In this document: in pieces, positions 53,001 through 64,000 of the stretch | Position numbering within the stretch: position 1 is the stretch's first letter | Layout of the letters: each line of letters opens with the position of its first letter | NCBI GenBank assembly: GCA_907165135.1 | Contig: OU015568.1 | Span: forward strand, 682,001 to 746,000 | Origin: Oikopleura dioica | Lineage: Eukaryota > Animalia > Chordata | Reading direction: 5' to 3' | DNA length: 64,000 nucleotides | Program-made: the position numbers and the translations under genes | The notes under the pieces: model-generated | The model's database searches: none | Seen by the model: only the letters and a program-made list of their open reading frames with translations | Told to the model about the DNA's origin: nothing

Positions 53001-56000
53001 CAAATTGAAAGACCATCGTTCGCAACAACTTCTGCGGCGATTTCCTCAAGCTCTTCGGCGTCGGTTGTAATTGAACGATGGTGTTCTTGGATGTGCCGTT
53101 TCACGTAGTAGTCAGTCGCATGGCTCGCTTTCGCCAAATTGCCTCGAATGCCAAAGAAAACCTATAAAAGAGTTAATTTTACTTGACTGGTCGTTTTTTA
53201 ACATTAAAACGGCTAATTTTTTTCTCACGACCGATCAATTTTTACATGAAAGGGTCAATTTTTACATGAAAAAGGTCAAATTTTACATGAAAAAGGTCAA
53301 ATTTTACATAAAAAGGGTCAATTTTTCCATGAAATGCGTCAAATTTTACATGAAAAAGGTCAATTTTTACATGGAAAAGGGTCAATTTTTACATGAAAAA
53401 GGTTAATTTTAACTCAAATCTGGTCAATTTTTTCTTACCTTATGTTTGTATTCAGCATTAGTGCAGAAGGGGCTCCGGCAAATGAGATATGGCGTCGGCG
53501 TCTGGTCTGACTTCGTGATTTTCTCTAGTTTGAAATCTGCTGTGTAATTGTGATGGATCTCTGAAGTGCAAACGAGCTTCTCATCTTCTTCTAGAATCTC
53601 TACAATTTTCTTGAACTCATCTTTGGTTTTTTTCTTTTTCTCAAATGGAGTAGATGGCGGAGAAAGCAAAGGACCTTCATCAAATGGCCGTTTTTGACTC
53701 ATATTTACGAAAAAATTTCATTTTTGACGGACTTTATATTGACAGTACATCTGGAAAGATGGCGTCCTTCTGCAGATGGACTGATTTCCGATCATTAGTA
53801 AAGTATCTGAGTAATACCCCGCTGCGAGAATCAGATATGAAGGGTTTATTTCCAAGCAGCTGAAGATAAAATCACAGAAAAGACGTGAAAAGACTCGAGG
53901 TACCAAACAGCTGTGATGAAGTCAGAATCATGGTGAATTTTTACATGAATAATATTATTTTTTTAATTGAATAAACCAAAGTCGGATTAATTATGGCATA
54001 ATTTTTCTTAGTATTTTCGTTAAAAAAGTAAGGATTATTATATGTTGATCTTTTTTTGCATTAAAAATTGATTGTTATTGAATTTTTACAAGGTCGCTCG
54101 TTTTCGGAATTTTAAGATCCCTTGCGCGAAGGGATATCCCACGCGCGAAGGGATCGGCGCGATCCCTTTGTTTATGTGAGCGCTCCCTTCTCGTTGCCTC
54201 TCGCTGCGAGGCGATCCCTTACACCGTGGGATCGAAACGGCGCTGTGGCGCGCGATCCCTTCAAAATCCCCCGCGATTTGACACCCTGGATCTATTCATA
54301 TTATCCACGAATGTTGCTCGAATCTTCGATCTACCCGGGTCGTTCTCATCAATTTCAAGAGATCTTTTATTTGTTTGATAATTTCTGTGCATGGAATAAC
54401 GAGAGTGCTAGGGTTTCGCAAAAAGCGAATTGGCACTGCGAATTTAGACCCCTGTTCAAACATTTTCCTGAGAAAAGTTATTTTTCTGATGAAATAACGC
54501 ACTTGGTTACATAATTGACTCGATCAGATGGTCGTATTTCCGCATGGTAATGAGAAAAGTGCCAGTCTAATGTTTGTGGCTTCACAGATTTCAAACAAAT
54601 CGTGCACGCCATGGGGAACTTCCAAGCCTTTCTTGTCATACTTCTAAACTGATTTTTTCGTTTTCCAAACGTAAGAATAATAATTCTAGAGAATTTTCAA
54701 AAATAACATATTCTTGGTTCTGAATGCTTAACGGCTCAAAGACTCTCAAAAATGAAGCCTCAAAATCGTTTTTGATACGTAGATTTTGATTGGCTGATAG
54801 ACAGTTTCGAGCGTTTTGATTGGCTGATAGACATTTCGAGAGTTTTGATTGGCTAATAGACATTTTCGAGCGTTTCGATTGGCTAAGGGGCATTTTCAAG
54901 CGTTTTGATTGGCTGATTGACATTTTCGAGCGTTTTGATTGGCTGATAGACATTTTCGAGCGTTTTGATTGGCTAATAGACATTTTTGAGCGTTTTGATT
55001 GGCTAATAGACATTTTCGAGCGTTTTGATTGGCTAAGGGGCATTTTCGAGCGTTTTGATTGGCTGATAGACATTTTCGAGCGTTTTGATTGGTTAAGAGC
55101 CATTTTAGATCGGTTTGATTGGCTAAGGGCCATTTAAGGGCGTTTTAATCGACTTAAAGCCTGATTTATCCGATTTTGGTCAATTTTTGCGCGACTAAGG
55201 TTAATTTTTCTTGAAAATGGTTAATATTTGCATGACCTCGGTCAATTAATGCTTAGAATGGGTTAATTATTGCATGATCAAGGTTAATTTTCTCATGAAT
55301 TCGGTTTATATTTACATGACCTCGGTCAATTTATACTTAAAAAAGGGATATTTTAGCATGATCAAGGTTAATTTTTTCATGAATTTGGTTAATTTTTGCA
55401 TGCAAAAGGTTTATAAATGCATGATTTCGACGGGAAATTTTCAGCAAAAAACATTTATTCAAATAGATTCTGTACATTTGGATAAGAAGACACTTGTAGA
55501 ATGAGTTCAACAGTACTGGTGTTCAAGCAGTTTCGTTTTGAAGACATGATATCGTTCGCTTTCGAGAAGAGACGTTCGATGCTGCCGCTTGAGCCAGGAG
55601 TTGAGCGTATGAGTTGTGCGATTCTGGCGAATGTCGGGTAAGTTCCAGCGTGATGCGTGAAATACATCAAGCTCCGTTCGGCCGTACTGGCGGAGGTCTT
55701 GAACATGGGATCGAGCTGGTTCAACCATTGCTTGTATCTTTTGACGCTTTCTTTGCGCTCCATCTTGCTCTCCTTCTTGAACCATGCAGAGAACTCATCA
55801 GTTGATGATTTTTCGCATTCATCCTCGTCGCTCGAATATTGCTCCATTTCTTCCTCGAAAGTCGACTTTGCTTGAGAAGATGGAGGTGTCGGCGGAGCGC
55901 GCTCCTGTGAGTTTGGAGGAGTCAACGTCTTTGGCTGTGATGAAGGAGCTGCTGATGGTGTCTTCTGTTGCTGGTTTTCAACAGGAACCTAAAATAAAGT

Positions 56001-59000
56001 TAATTATTAATGCTGTTTTATGTAAAAATTGATCGCGTCTGAGTAAAAATGGACCTTTCCTATGAAAAATTCATCCGATTTCGGGTAAAAATTTACCGCT
56101 TAATGCAAAAATTAATCGAAACTTGGTAGAAATTAACCTTTTTTGGGAAAAAATTAACCAGCTCCGGGTAAAAATTAACCTTTACTTACAAGAATGAAGA
56201 TTTCCTCAATTGGTTTGGTTTGCTCAGCTAGGTCAAAGAAGGTCTTGCGCATTGTCTCCTTCCAGACAGGAACTGCAGTATCGAAGCAATTGATGAGGGT
56301 GTCGTATGTAGACTTGGTGATGAACGAATCCTTCTCAAAGGCGTCGTCAAGTCGGTTACGGATCAAGGTGAATTCGAAGTGACGGCTAAAGAAGTCAAGG
56401 GAGAGCCCGATCAAAGCAGCTGGATTTGCTCTCGATTTGATGTAGGATCCTCTCGATGGCTTCCGTCCAGTGATGTTAGCACCGAAAATGTAGTCTGCTA
56501 CGGTCAGAATCAGCTCCTGGTGGATTTCCTTGAAGTCAGCCGGATCAATTTGAAGCAAGAATTTCAGCAAGTCGAACAGTTTTGTTAGAGTGTCACCAAC
56601 CGAGAAGTGATCCGAATCGGTGGACGCCAGAGCAGGCTCGAAGACTTGGGAGACTGAGTGGAGGTAATGAACGAGCTTCCAGTCGATTTCGTGTAAGATC
56701 GACTTTGAGTCAGTCAGGTACTTCTGGTGGCGACGAAGAAGAGGTTCGTTTGCCATGAGCTGCTTGTAGGTCGTGATGAAAGATCTGAAAGATAAAGTTA
56801 ATAATTACATATTTTCGATTAGTTTAAACATGACCTCGGTTAATTTTATCGTGAAACGGTAAATTTTTACATGAAAAGGGTCAATTTTTACATTGAAAGG
56901 GTTAATTTTTACATAAAGGGGTTAATTTTTACATTAAAACGGTCAATATTTACATGAAAAGGGTCAAATTTTTCACGAAAAGGGTCAATTTTTACATGGA
57001 ATGGGTCAATTTTTACATGGAAAAGGTCAATTGTTACAAGCAATGATGAAGAACAAACCTGAATCTGATGTAATAGATCCTGTCGATCGTAACGAATTTG
57101 TCGTAATTCGGGTAGAATTGCCTGATGTGCTTGAGCTCGTCTTCAGTTGGAGTGTAGCTTTTCACCAGATCATTGAAGGATTTCTCGGAGCAGTCGTCTC
57201 GTTCAGCTCGATGATTGCATGCTGAGACCGCTTTCTCGATCTCGACACAGCTATCGCCGACGATTGCATCGCTCTGGACAAGGGTAATATATCTAAAGTG
57301 AAGACGTTATTTGATGAAATAAGAATGATGTATTTACCTTTTTAACTGATTCGAAATCGTGTGGCTTGCACAGACAACGGCGAAGTAGTCGGAGAAGGCC
57401 TGAGCCATTGGCGCATCTCCAACAACTGGAAGTCGTTTTGCGTGAAAAAACTCGAGGATATTCCAATCCGAGAGGACGTTTTCTAGTTGTCGACGTACAT
57501 TCGCATCAGTTGCTTTGAAGATGACCCCGTAATGAAGAAGAAAAAATCGTGTCTTTCGCAGGTTCGAATCGTAAAAGCCGATGAAGACCCCAAGGTATTT
57601 GCTACTTCTTTCTTTCGTTAGCCGAGGGCAGTCGAATCCATCAAGGACCAAGCAACATCTGTTTTCCTGGATGAGACCAGGCAGCTTGGACTTGACGATA
57701 CCATTCGAAACGGTACTTTTGCGCCTTGAAAATTTATATATCCAAATATAATGGTTAATTTTTACCTGAGAATCTTCACAATTTTGTGACTGCTTATTCC
57801 ATTCGCTATTGCCTTATGAGCCCTTGCGCAAAATTTCTTCATTGTTTCGGTTTCGAAAGCACCAATTGAAAGACCATCGTTCGCAACAGCTTCCGCGGCG
57901 ATTTCCTCAAGCTCTTCGGCGTCGGTTGTAATTGAACGATGGTGTTCTTGGATGTGCCGTTTCACGTAGTAGTCAGTCGCATGGCTCGCTTTCGCCAAAT
58001 TGCCTCGAATGCCAAAGAAAACCTATAAAAGAGTTAATCTTACTTGACTGGTCGTTTTTAACATTAAAACGGCTAATTTTTTCTCACGACCGATCAATTT
58101 TTACATGAAAGGGTCAATTTTTACATGAAAAAGGTCAAATTTTACATGAAAAAGGTCAAATTTTACATAAAAAGGGTCAATTTTTCCATGAAATGCGTCA
58201 AATTTTACATGAAAAAGGTCAATTTTTACATGGAAAAGGGTCAATTTTTACATGAAAAAGGTTAATTTTAACTCAAATCTGGTCAATTTTTTCTTACCTT
58301 ATGTTTGTATTCAGCATTAGTGCAGAAGGGGCTCCGGCAAATGAGATATGGCGTCGGCGTCTGGTCTGACTTCGTGATTTTCTCTAGTTTGAAATCTGCT
58401 GTGTAATTGTGATGGATCTCTGAAGTGCAAACGAGCTTCTCATCTTCTTCTAGAATCTCTACAATTTTCTTGAACTCATCTTTGGTTTTTTTCTTTTTCT
58501 CAAATGGAGTAGATGGCGGAGAAAGCAAAGGACCTTCATCAAATGGCCGTTTTTGACTCATATTTACGAAAAAATTTCATTTTTGACGGACTTTATATTG
58601 ACAGTACATCTGGAAAGATGGCGTCCTTCTGCAGATGGACTGATTTCCGATCATTAGTAAAGTATCTGAGTAATACCCCGCTGCGAGAATCAGATATGAA
58701 GGGTTTATTTCCAAGCAGCTGAAGATAAAATCACAGAAAAGACGTGAAAAGACTCGAGGTACCAAACAGCTGTGATGAAGTCAGAATCATGGTGAATTTT
58801 TACATGAATAATATTATTTTTTTAATTGAATAACCCAAAGTCGGATTAATTATGGCATAATTTTTCTTAGTATTTTCGTTAAAAAAGTAAGGATTATTAT
58901 ATGTTGATCTTTTTTTGCATTAAAAATTGATTGTTATTGAATTTTTACAAGGTCGCTCGTTTTCGGAATTTTAAGATCCCTTGCGCGAAGGGATATCCCA

Positions 59001-62000
59001 CGCGCGAAGGGATCGGCGCGATCCCTTTGTTTATGTGAGCGCTCCCTTCTCGTTGCCTCTCGCTGCGAGGCGATCCCTTACACCGTGGGATCGAAACGGC
59101 GCTGTGGCGCGCGATCCCTTCAAAATCCCCCGCGATTTGACACCCTGAAATATACTAGTTTAAAAATCAGATTTTCTGTCTTGAAACTACCTGTATCTCC
59201 CTTCTCATCTGGCCGAGGAAAGCTGGGAGCAAGAGAGACAGAAGAAGTCTTTCGACCTCGGGCAGCAGCTTCCTTCTCAATTTTCGCTTTCAGAGATGCT
59301 TTCGCTCGTTCCTCGACTTGTTTCCATTCGTTTTGCGTCATATTTACTTTGCCATCAGCGATCATGATGTCCACGAGCTCCTGACACTGCCGATTATGGA
59401 AAAGATCTTCCGGCTTCTGAAAATATAATATTAAGATTGAGCTGGCTCTAACCAGGGCAAATTACCTTTCCGTCATTGTTGAGAATGTTTCTCAGCTCTG
59501 GATTCTTCAGGAAAAGGGCAGCAACAAATTTGGAGCGGCCAGCACTGCAGGCATGATGTGCCGGAGTCCAACCATCGTGATTTTTCTTCTTCAAGCTTTC
59601 ATCGTCGAAGAAGTCTAATGCAAGAACATCGCCGGCTTTGCTGAAGAAATGGACGGGCAGGTTTCCCGACGATGTTGCAGGGTGACGGTTGATGTCGTAG
59701 CCATTGTCGATCAGGAATCTTATTCGCTCGAGTTCAATGTTCGAGAATTTATCGAACTTTCTTGGCTGATGTATGCTACCATAGCCTTCCCGGCGCGATT
59801 TTGTGCGGAAGAAATAGGCAGTGAGCCAGTTTTCCTCGTGCTCTCCTTGTTCGTTCTTTCTTCTGACGATCGGAGTGTTCAGCAAATCGCCTTCCACTTT
59901 CTTCATCGCAAAGACGATTTTGTCGAAGAACTCGTCGAAATCGCCTTCTCGCATCATAAGCGCATTGTTCATAATGAAGTAGTTCTTTCCATTAGTGCCG
60001 ATTGTCGCAGAAAGATCAACTTCGCCGGTCTCCAGTAAGTTCTCTGCAAACTTTCGCTTTTCTGAAACGAACTTCGGATCGTCCCCTGGGTTGACAAAAT
60101 CGCGCGCAAACTTTCCAAACACATCCGTCATCAAACGCTTCTCAATTGGGTACTCGCCGCTTTCAAATTTGACCAGAAACGCAGGAAGGAAGTCCACTAG
60201 TCGAGGGCATTGCAATACAAAGCTGATGTTGTTCAAGGATGTATTCCAATCTGCGGTGACGATCGAAGAGATTATCCGTCGTGCATTTTCTCGCTGTTCT
60301 GGGTCGGTTAGTCCCATGTATCCGTTGAGAAGATTCTCCGTCTTGCAGATTTCTTTGCGCTGGATTTGAACGTTGATCTCAGAACTTAAAATAAAGAATG
60401 AGTAAATAGACAACTGACACTTGAATTTGACTTCGTATTCGCTACGAGTCGTCACTTACCGATGAGCATCAAGAATTTCCACCAACGCATCGATCGTTTC
60501 GTTGGCCTCTTTGATCAAACTCTCGAGCTTCTCCCAGATTTTCCAAATATCCTCCTTCCTCAATCGGAACTCCTTCTTCAACAGAAACTGCACTGTCTCA
60601 AGAAACTCTTTCGCCTTTCTATTATTCTTGTCCCTGGTCGTGTATTTGAAGAAGACATAGCCGAGGAGGTCGTCGCGAATCGCTCCTTTTTCCTTCGCAC
60701 CGTTGTCAAGAAGGATCTTGCCGATGGAGACATCGAGGCCAGCAAAGGCTCTTGTCGCTGGTAACTCGTAACTATTCCTCCCTCTGAGAGTAAGGTCAAG
60801 AGCAGGCTGCATGGAGAGAATCAGCGCACAGTTGAATGCGTTGTAGTGGATCGCGCATTCCAGAAGGGTGAAGGGTTTTTTCTCAGAAGAATTTCTTTTC
60901 TTTACTGCTGGAAGAATGTAGTTGCAATCAAGCTCGCCTGAATTGAGACGATCGAGGAAGGCTTTGGAGTTGTCTTGCTTGATGTCCAGGAAGATTCCTG
61001 TATCTTCGTTCTCTTTCTTTGTCGGGTTTGAATATGGGCTTAGGACGGTTAAGAAATCGGTGGACGGAACCCAAGAACGATCTCCTCTGTTTCTACTGCA
61101 AGAACGAGCTCTAGAATTTCGTCTACGCGTTGGAGTTAACATTATAATCTCTGCAAAGAAGCAAGTGAAATTTCGTCAACAATATCAACGAATTTTCGAG
61201 ATGAAATCATCTAGAATGATTTAAGAAAGAAGAAAATTTTTCTTCTAGAGATAAATATTAATAGATTCTTTACCAAATCAATTTTCAAACCCTTTCCTTC
61301 TCTAAAGTCTGCTGATTCTGTTCAGAATTAGCGCGATTCGGATTCTCTTTCAGCGGCGAGCTGTGAGCACGTGACATCGTCCTGTCGTTAAAATTTCTCT
61401 CTGGACCAGAAAAAGGGCCCGGCGGGAAGTACTTGTTCAGTCGGATAGCGTGTTGCGTGTTCTGGCAGTCCTCTTTGTAGCGAAGCTGCCGTTTCTCTTC
61501 TTCACTTTTCGGCTCTGGCTCGGGCGGCGGCGGCTGCCAATCAACTGGTGCAGATCCGTCTCGTGGATAACGCTTGGCAAGGAAATCTCGAAGAATCGGA
61601 TTTCCCGCTAAACAAAAGAGTTCTTTTCTCTCTAGATTTCAATTTCGAAAAAGGCCACCAAAAAGCTGAGAATGCTTCTAGAAATCACTTTTCGAAAGAG
61701 ATTCTAGAAGGAATTTTTTAAAGCAATTTTGGTCTTTTTAGACAATTTTTTCGTCCTTTTTAGTCAATTTTGAAGTATAAAAAATCAAATTTTAGTCATT
61801 TTTAGCTTAGTTTTGGCCATTTTTGATACATTTGTTTCTCACCGAAATCTGCTAGAATTCGCAGCTCCTTGATCTTGAACCCTTTCGGCGGATTCCCAGC
61901 GTAAGCCTCCACAGCACTTGGGATATCAGCTGGCTTCAGAACTCCTTCCAACCAATTCACGACTTCTTCTTTTGTCGGCTTGAAATTTTCGTAACCGCCC

Positions 62001-62041
62001 CTGCTCTTTCTCCCACTTCTGCGTCCGAAATTCCGGCTCAT
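47053..62041 (-). CDS. Multi-exon ankyrin-repeat protein with acidic low-complexity C-terminus; one intron carries the hAT element
   Basis: Ankyrin-like motifs TLLECAIHYNAFNC, NLPVHFFSKAGD and DGWTPAHHACSAGR. The exon ending at 59191 (KGDT-G) splices in phase 1 to 48262 (CA-NEDEK) across the element. Confidence 0.75.
48616..49773 (-). CDS. Second gene inside the hAT element: N-terminal C2H2-type zinc finger, C-terminal 8-Cys RING-like domain (middle exons uncertain)
   Basis: MTRKAWKFPMACTICLKSVKPQTLDWHFSHYH. Last two exons splice 49025^48754 to give MECPIGRDDCQKVFAAAQCEKCPPMCLACHKRSLPPHFRCPFCRQTMM*. Confidence 0.65.
48809..49019. mobile_element. 211-bp MITE nested in the last intron of the second gene
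   Basis: TIR CTAGGGTCGGAC / GTCCGACCCTAG; flanks TTTACCAC and CTTACCAC (7/8 match, TSD). Confidence 0.8.
49921..50280 (-). repeat. 12 x 30-bp tandem repeat, each unit with a CCAAT box (mostly AGCCAATCA on the minus strand), copy 1
   Basis: CGTTTTGATTGGCTxATAGACATTTTCGAG units. Confidence 0.95.
50595..53702 (-). CDS. hAT transposase copy 1, with a 1-bp frameshift in an A run at ~52681-52685 (pseudogene or sequencing error)
   Basis: Same exons as copy 2, but AAAAA instead of AAAAAA shifts the frame at RKTRFF. Confidence 0.85.
53195..53430. repeat. 21-bp tandem repeat (AAAAGGGTCAATTTTTACATG) in transposase intron 1; also at ~50320-50580, 51160-51320, 51960-52175 and the matching positions in copy 2
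   Basis: Direct reading of the repeated units. Confidence 0.9.
54289..54639 (-). pseudogene. 3'-truncated duplicate of the zinc-finger second gene
   Basis: Matches 49421-49773 and is cut off at the internal TIR. Confidence 0.65.
54781..55140 (-). repeat. 12 x 30-bp CCAAT-box tandem repeat, copy 2
   Basis: Duplicate of 49921-50280. Confidence 0.95.
55455..58561 (-). CDS. hAT transposase copy 2, intact, 6 exons, ~756 aa
   Basis: GT-AG exons 58561-58298, 58022-57766, 57724-57338, 57292-57059, 56784-56190 and 55988-55455 sum to 2271 nt, open throughout. BED-like finger CRSPFC...HIQEHH; LVLDG, VVGDA, CASH (CxxH) and STPGSSGSIERLFS (catalytic E, hATC domain). Confidence 0.93.
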
Positions 62042-62475
62042 CTGAAAATCGAAAATTTTCCCCTTTTTGAATTGAAAATGAAGAATGAAGCTGCGAAACC
62101 GCAGTTTAAATAGGTAGATACAGCGGAAAAATCATGATGAAGCTTCTTATGACGCGAATGAGGGTGATTATAAAGCAGTTGTTTTGAAGAAAGAGGATTT
62201 TTGATGATCAAGGGTGATTTTTAGAGTCTCTTCAAGTTCTCGGAGATTTCTTTTAGCAAAATATCTGCTTGAAAGCCGCATTTGCATCTGAAAACACAAA
62301 AATTGACCTCGCTAAGGTCAAGACAAGAAGCATTCCGGCAGTGAAATGGCCCGCGGCAGGGCTCGTTCCATTGATAAGACTAGGACAACCCATTTTTGAA
62401 AATTTGCGCTAGAATCGTGTAATTACCCATCAAACCGCATAAAAAGAGAAAAGAAGTTGGAGAGAAGATGGATAA

Positions 62476-64000
62476 ATGAGTTTTTCAACGATCATGGGAG
62501 CTTTTACGAATTATATTTTGATTTTTCTTTTGACGCTTCTTGGAACCTACATTTTTAACACAGAAGAACTTGAAAATCCAAAGTTTCAATATGCAGTCAG
62601 TCATGTTCACGATTCAAGGTAAAATTCGAAAGGGATTTATCCTTTTTGAAAGCTGAATTTTAGCTGTAACCGAAAAGTCGCCTTGGGTGACTTCGGCCAA
62701 TTTCCCGTGGTATTTTTGAGCTCGTTTCCTGGTTCGGGCAACACGTGGGCCCGTCAGGTTCTCGAGGATACGACTGGCTTCTACACTGGCTCAGTTTACT
62801 ACGAAATGGAAATGACGCGCAATGGACTCAAAGGCGAGATGGAACACACCAGGAGTGGACGAACTATTGCGGTGAAGAATCACGGACAGAAAGAGTACGA
62901 AAGTGCAGAAGGAAAGGGGCGAAAGTTAATCAATTCTATTTTGCTCGAAAGCCGCGAGCGGCTTCTTTCGACGTTTTCATCGATTTTTACCCGAGAGAAT
63001 AACCCTTACCCCTTGAAAAGGCATCATCATGGTCCTGCGAAATCCCTACGACGCGACTCTTGCTGATTATAAACGCCAAATGTCGGGCTCGCATACTGGC
63101 AATTTGGAAAAGAAAGATTTCGAAAACGAGATTTGGCGAAAATTCATCGACCAGCACATGCATCGCTGGTTCGGAAGCGCTGTTTGGTTTCCGATGTTTG
63201 CTGAAAAGGCGAAAATTCCGATGCTGATCATTTACTACGAGGATATGAAGGTAGAATTGAATAGAAAAATGAACTTTTGAGAGAAAGATCGCTTTAAAGC
63301 CGCTTGCGGCTTTTTCTACTCCCTCAAAGTAACCAAAAATGTATTTAATAGCCGCACGCGGCTCTTTTACGCTTTTATTTGACTTAACATTTTCGGGCAA
63401 TAACATAAGAATAAGAATAATTGTTAAGGAAAATCTTGTGAAAGAAATGCGGAAAGTCGTCGACTGGTACCGCGAGCATTTCAAAATTCCACTTGACGAC
63501 GCGGAGCATCGTCTCGATTGCCTTCTGAAGCAGGAAGTGAAATTCCACAGAAAGAAAACTGATCTCGGCGATATTTGGCCGGCCGACAAGATTCCTGGAC
63601 TCGACAAGGGAATCAGAGAGATGCAGGTAATACTGATGAATTTGGGCTTGAAATGATCTATATTCTCGAGGGAAAAGCCGCTTGCGGCTTTTTCGAAGTT
63701 ATTCAAATGTGAAACGCAGTTTTTATATTTTACCATCTATTATTGCACCCCCTTAAGAATTTTAAGGCTTTTTACGAGCATCACCAGCTGCCAGAAATGC
63801 CAGATTCGTATCTAAAAGACCCGGAAAAGTCGAAAAAACTTCCGTCTGAGCATTTACAGATGACTGTAGTTACTTCCCACGCGATCAAAAAGGTCGATGA
63901 AACAGTCAAAAAGAGGTACCGTCATCATTTTAAATTACTTTCTAGCGTTTTTTTTTCAGAGAACTCTTCATGAAAAACGGCCAGCAATATGTTTTCACGA
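62476..64000 (+). CDS. WSCD-family sulfotransferase-domain protein (no WSC domain seen), runs off the window end
   Basis: N-terminal TM; LSSFPGSGNTWARQVLEDTTGFYTGSVY, VKNH, VLRNPYD and IIYYEDMK. Confidence 0.85.

Larger units (their letters stand above)
48273..59147 (-). mobile_element. Composite hAT transposon with tandem-duplicated 4.86-kb right part
   Basis: TIR CAGGGTGTCAAATCGCGGGGGAT at 48273; reverse complements end at 54288 and 59147; 8-bp TSD AAATATAC at 48265-48272 and 59148-59155; subterminal GGGATC(G)/GATCCC repeats; 49421-54288 nearly identical to 54289-59147. Confidence 0.97.

Noticed and set aside
53071-53406. ORF with (FYMKKVN)n repeats
   Set aside because: Antisense translation of the intronic 21-bp repeat

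Overview
Eukaryotic, gene-dense, AT-rich DNA with very short (30-50 bp) introns, non-canonical GA-AG introns and many MITEs. These traits best fit the larvacean tunicate Oikopleura dioica (inference). The ORF track mostly shows exon fragments; gene models below were spliced by eye. Host genes: a ~21.5 kb secreted modular EGF/mucin/TSP1 gene, a kelch-like family gene, a GAL3ST-type sulfotransferase, a class III POU factor, a membrane lectin-like gene, CCDC39, an ankyrin-repeat gene and a WSCD-type sulfotransferase. The main feature is a 10.9 kb hAT transposon (48273-59147, 8-bp TSD AAATATAC) inserted in a 45-bp intron of the ankyrin gene. It has a left-a-b-right-b-right structure, with two 6-exon transposase genes (one intact, ~756 aa). 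It also carries a second, spliced C2H2 zinc-finger + RING-like gene preceded by an array of 12 CCAAT boxes at 30-bp spacing.
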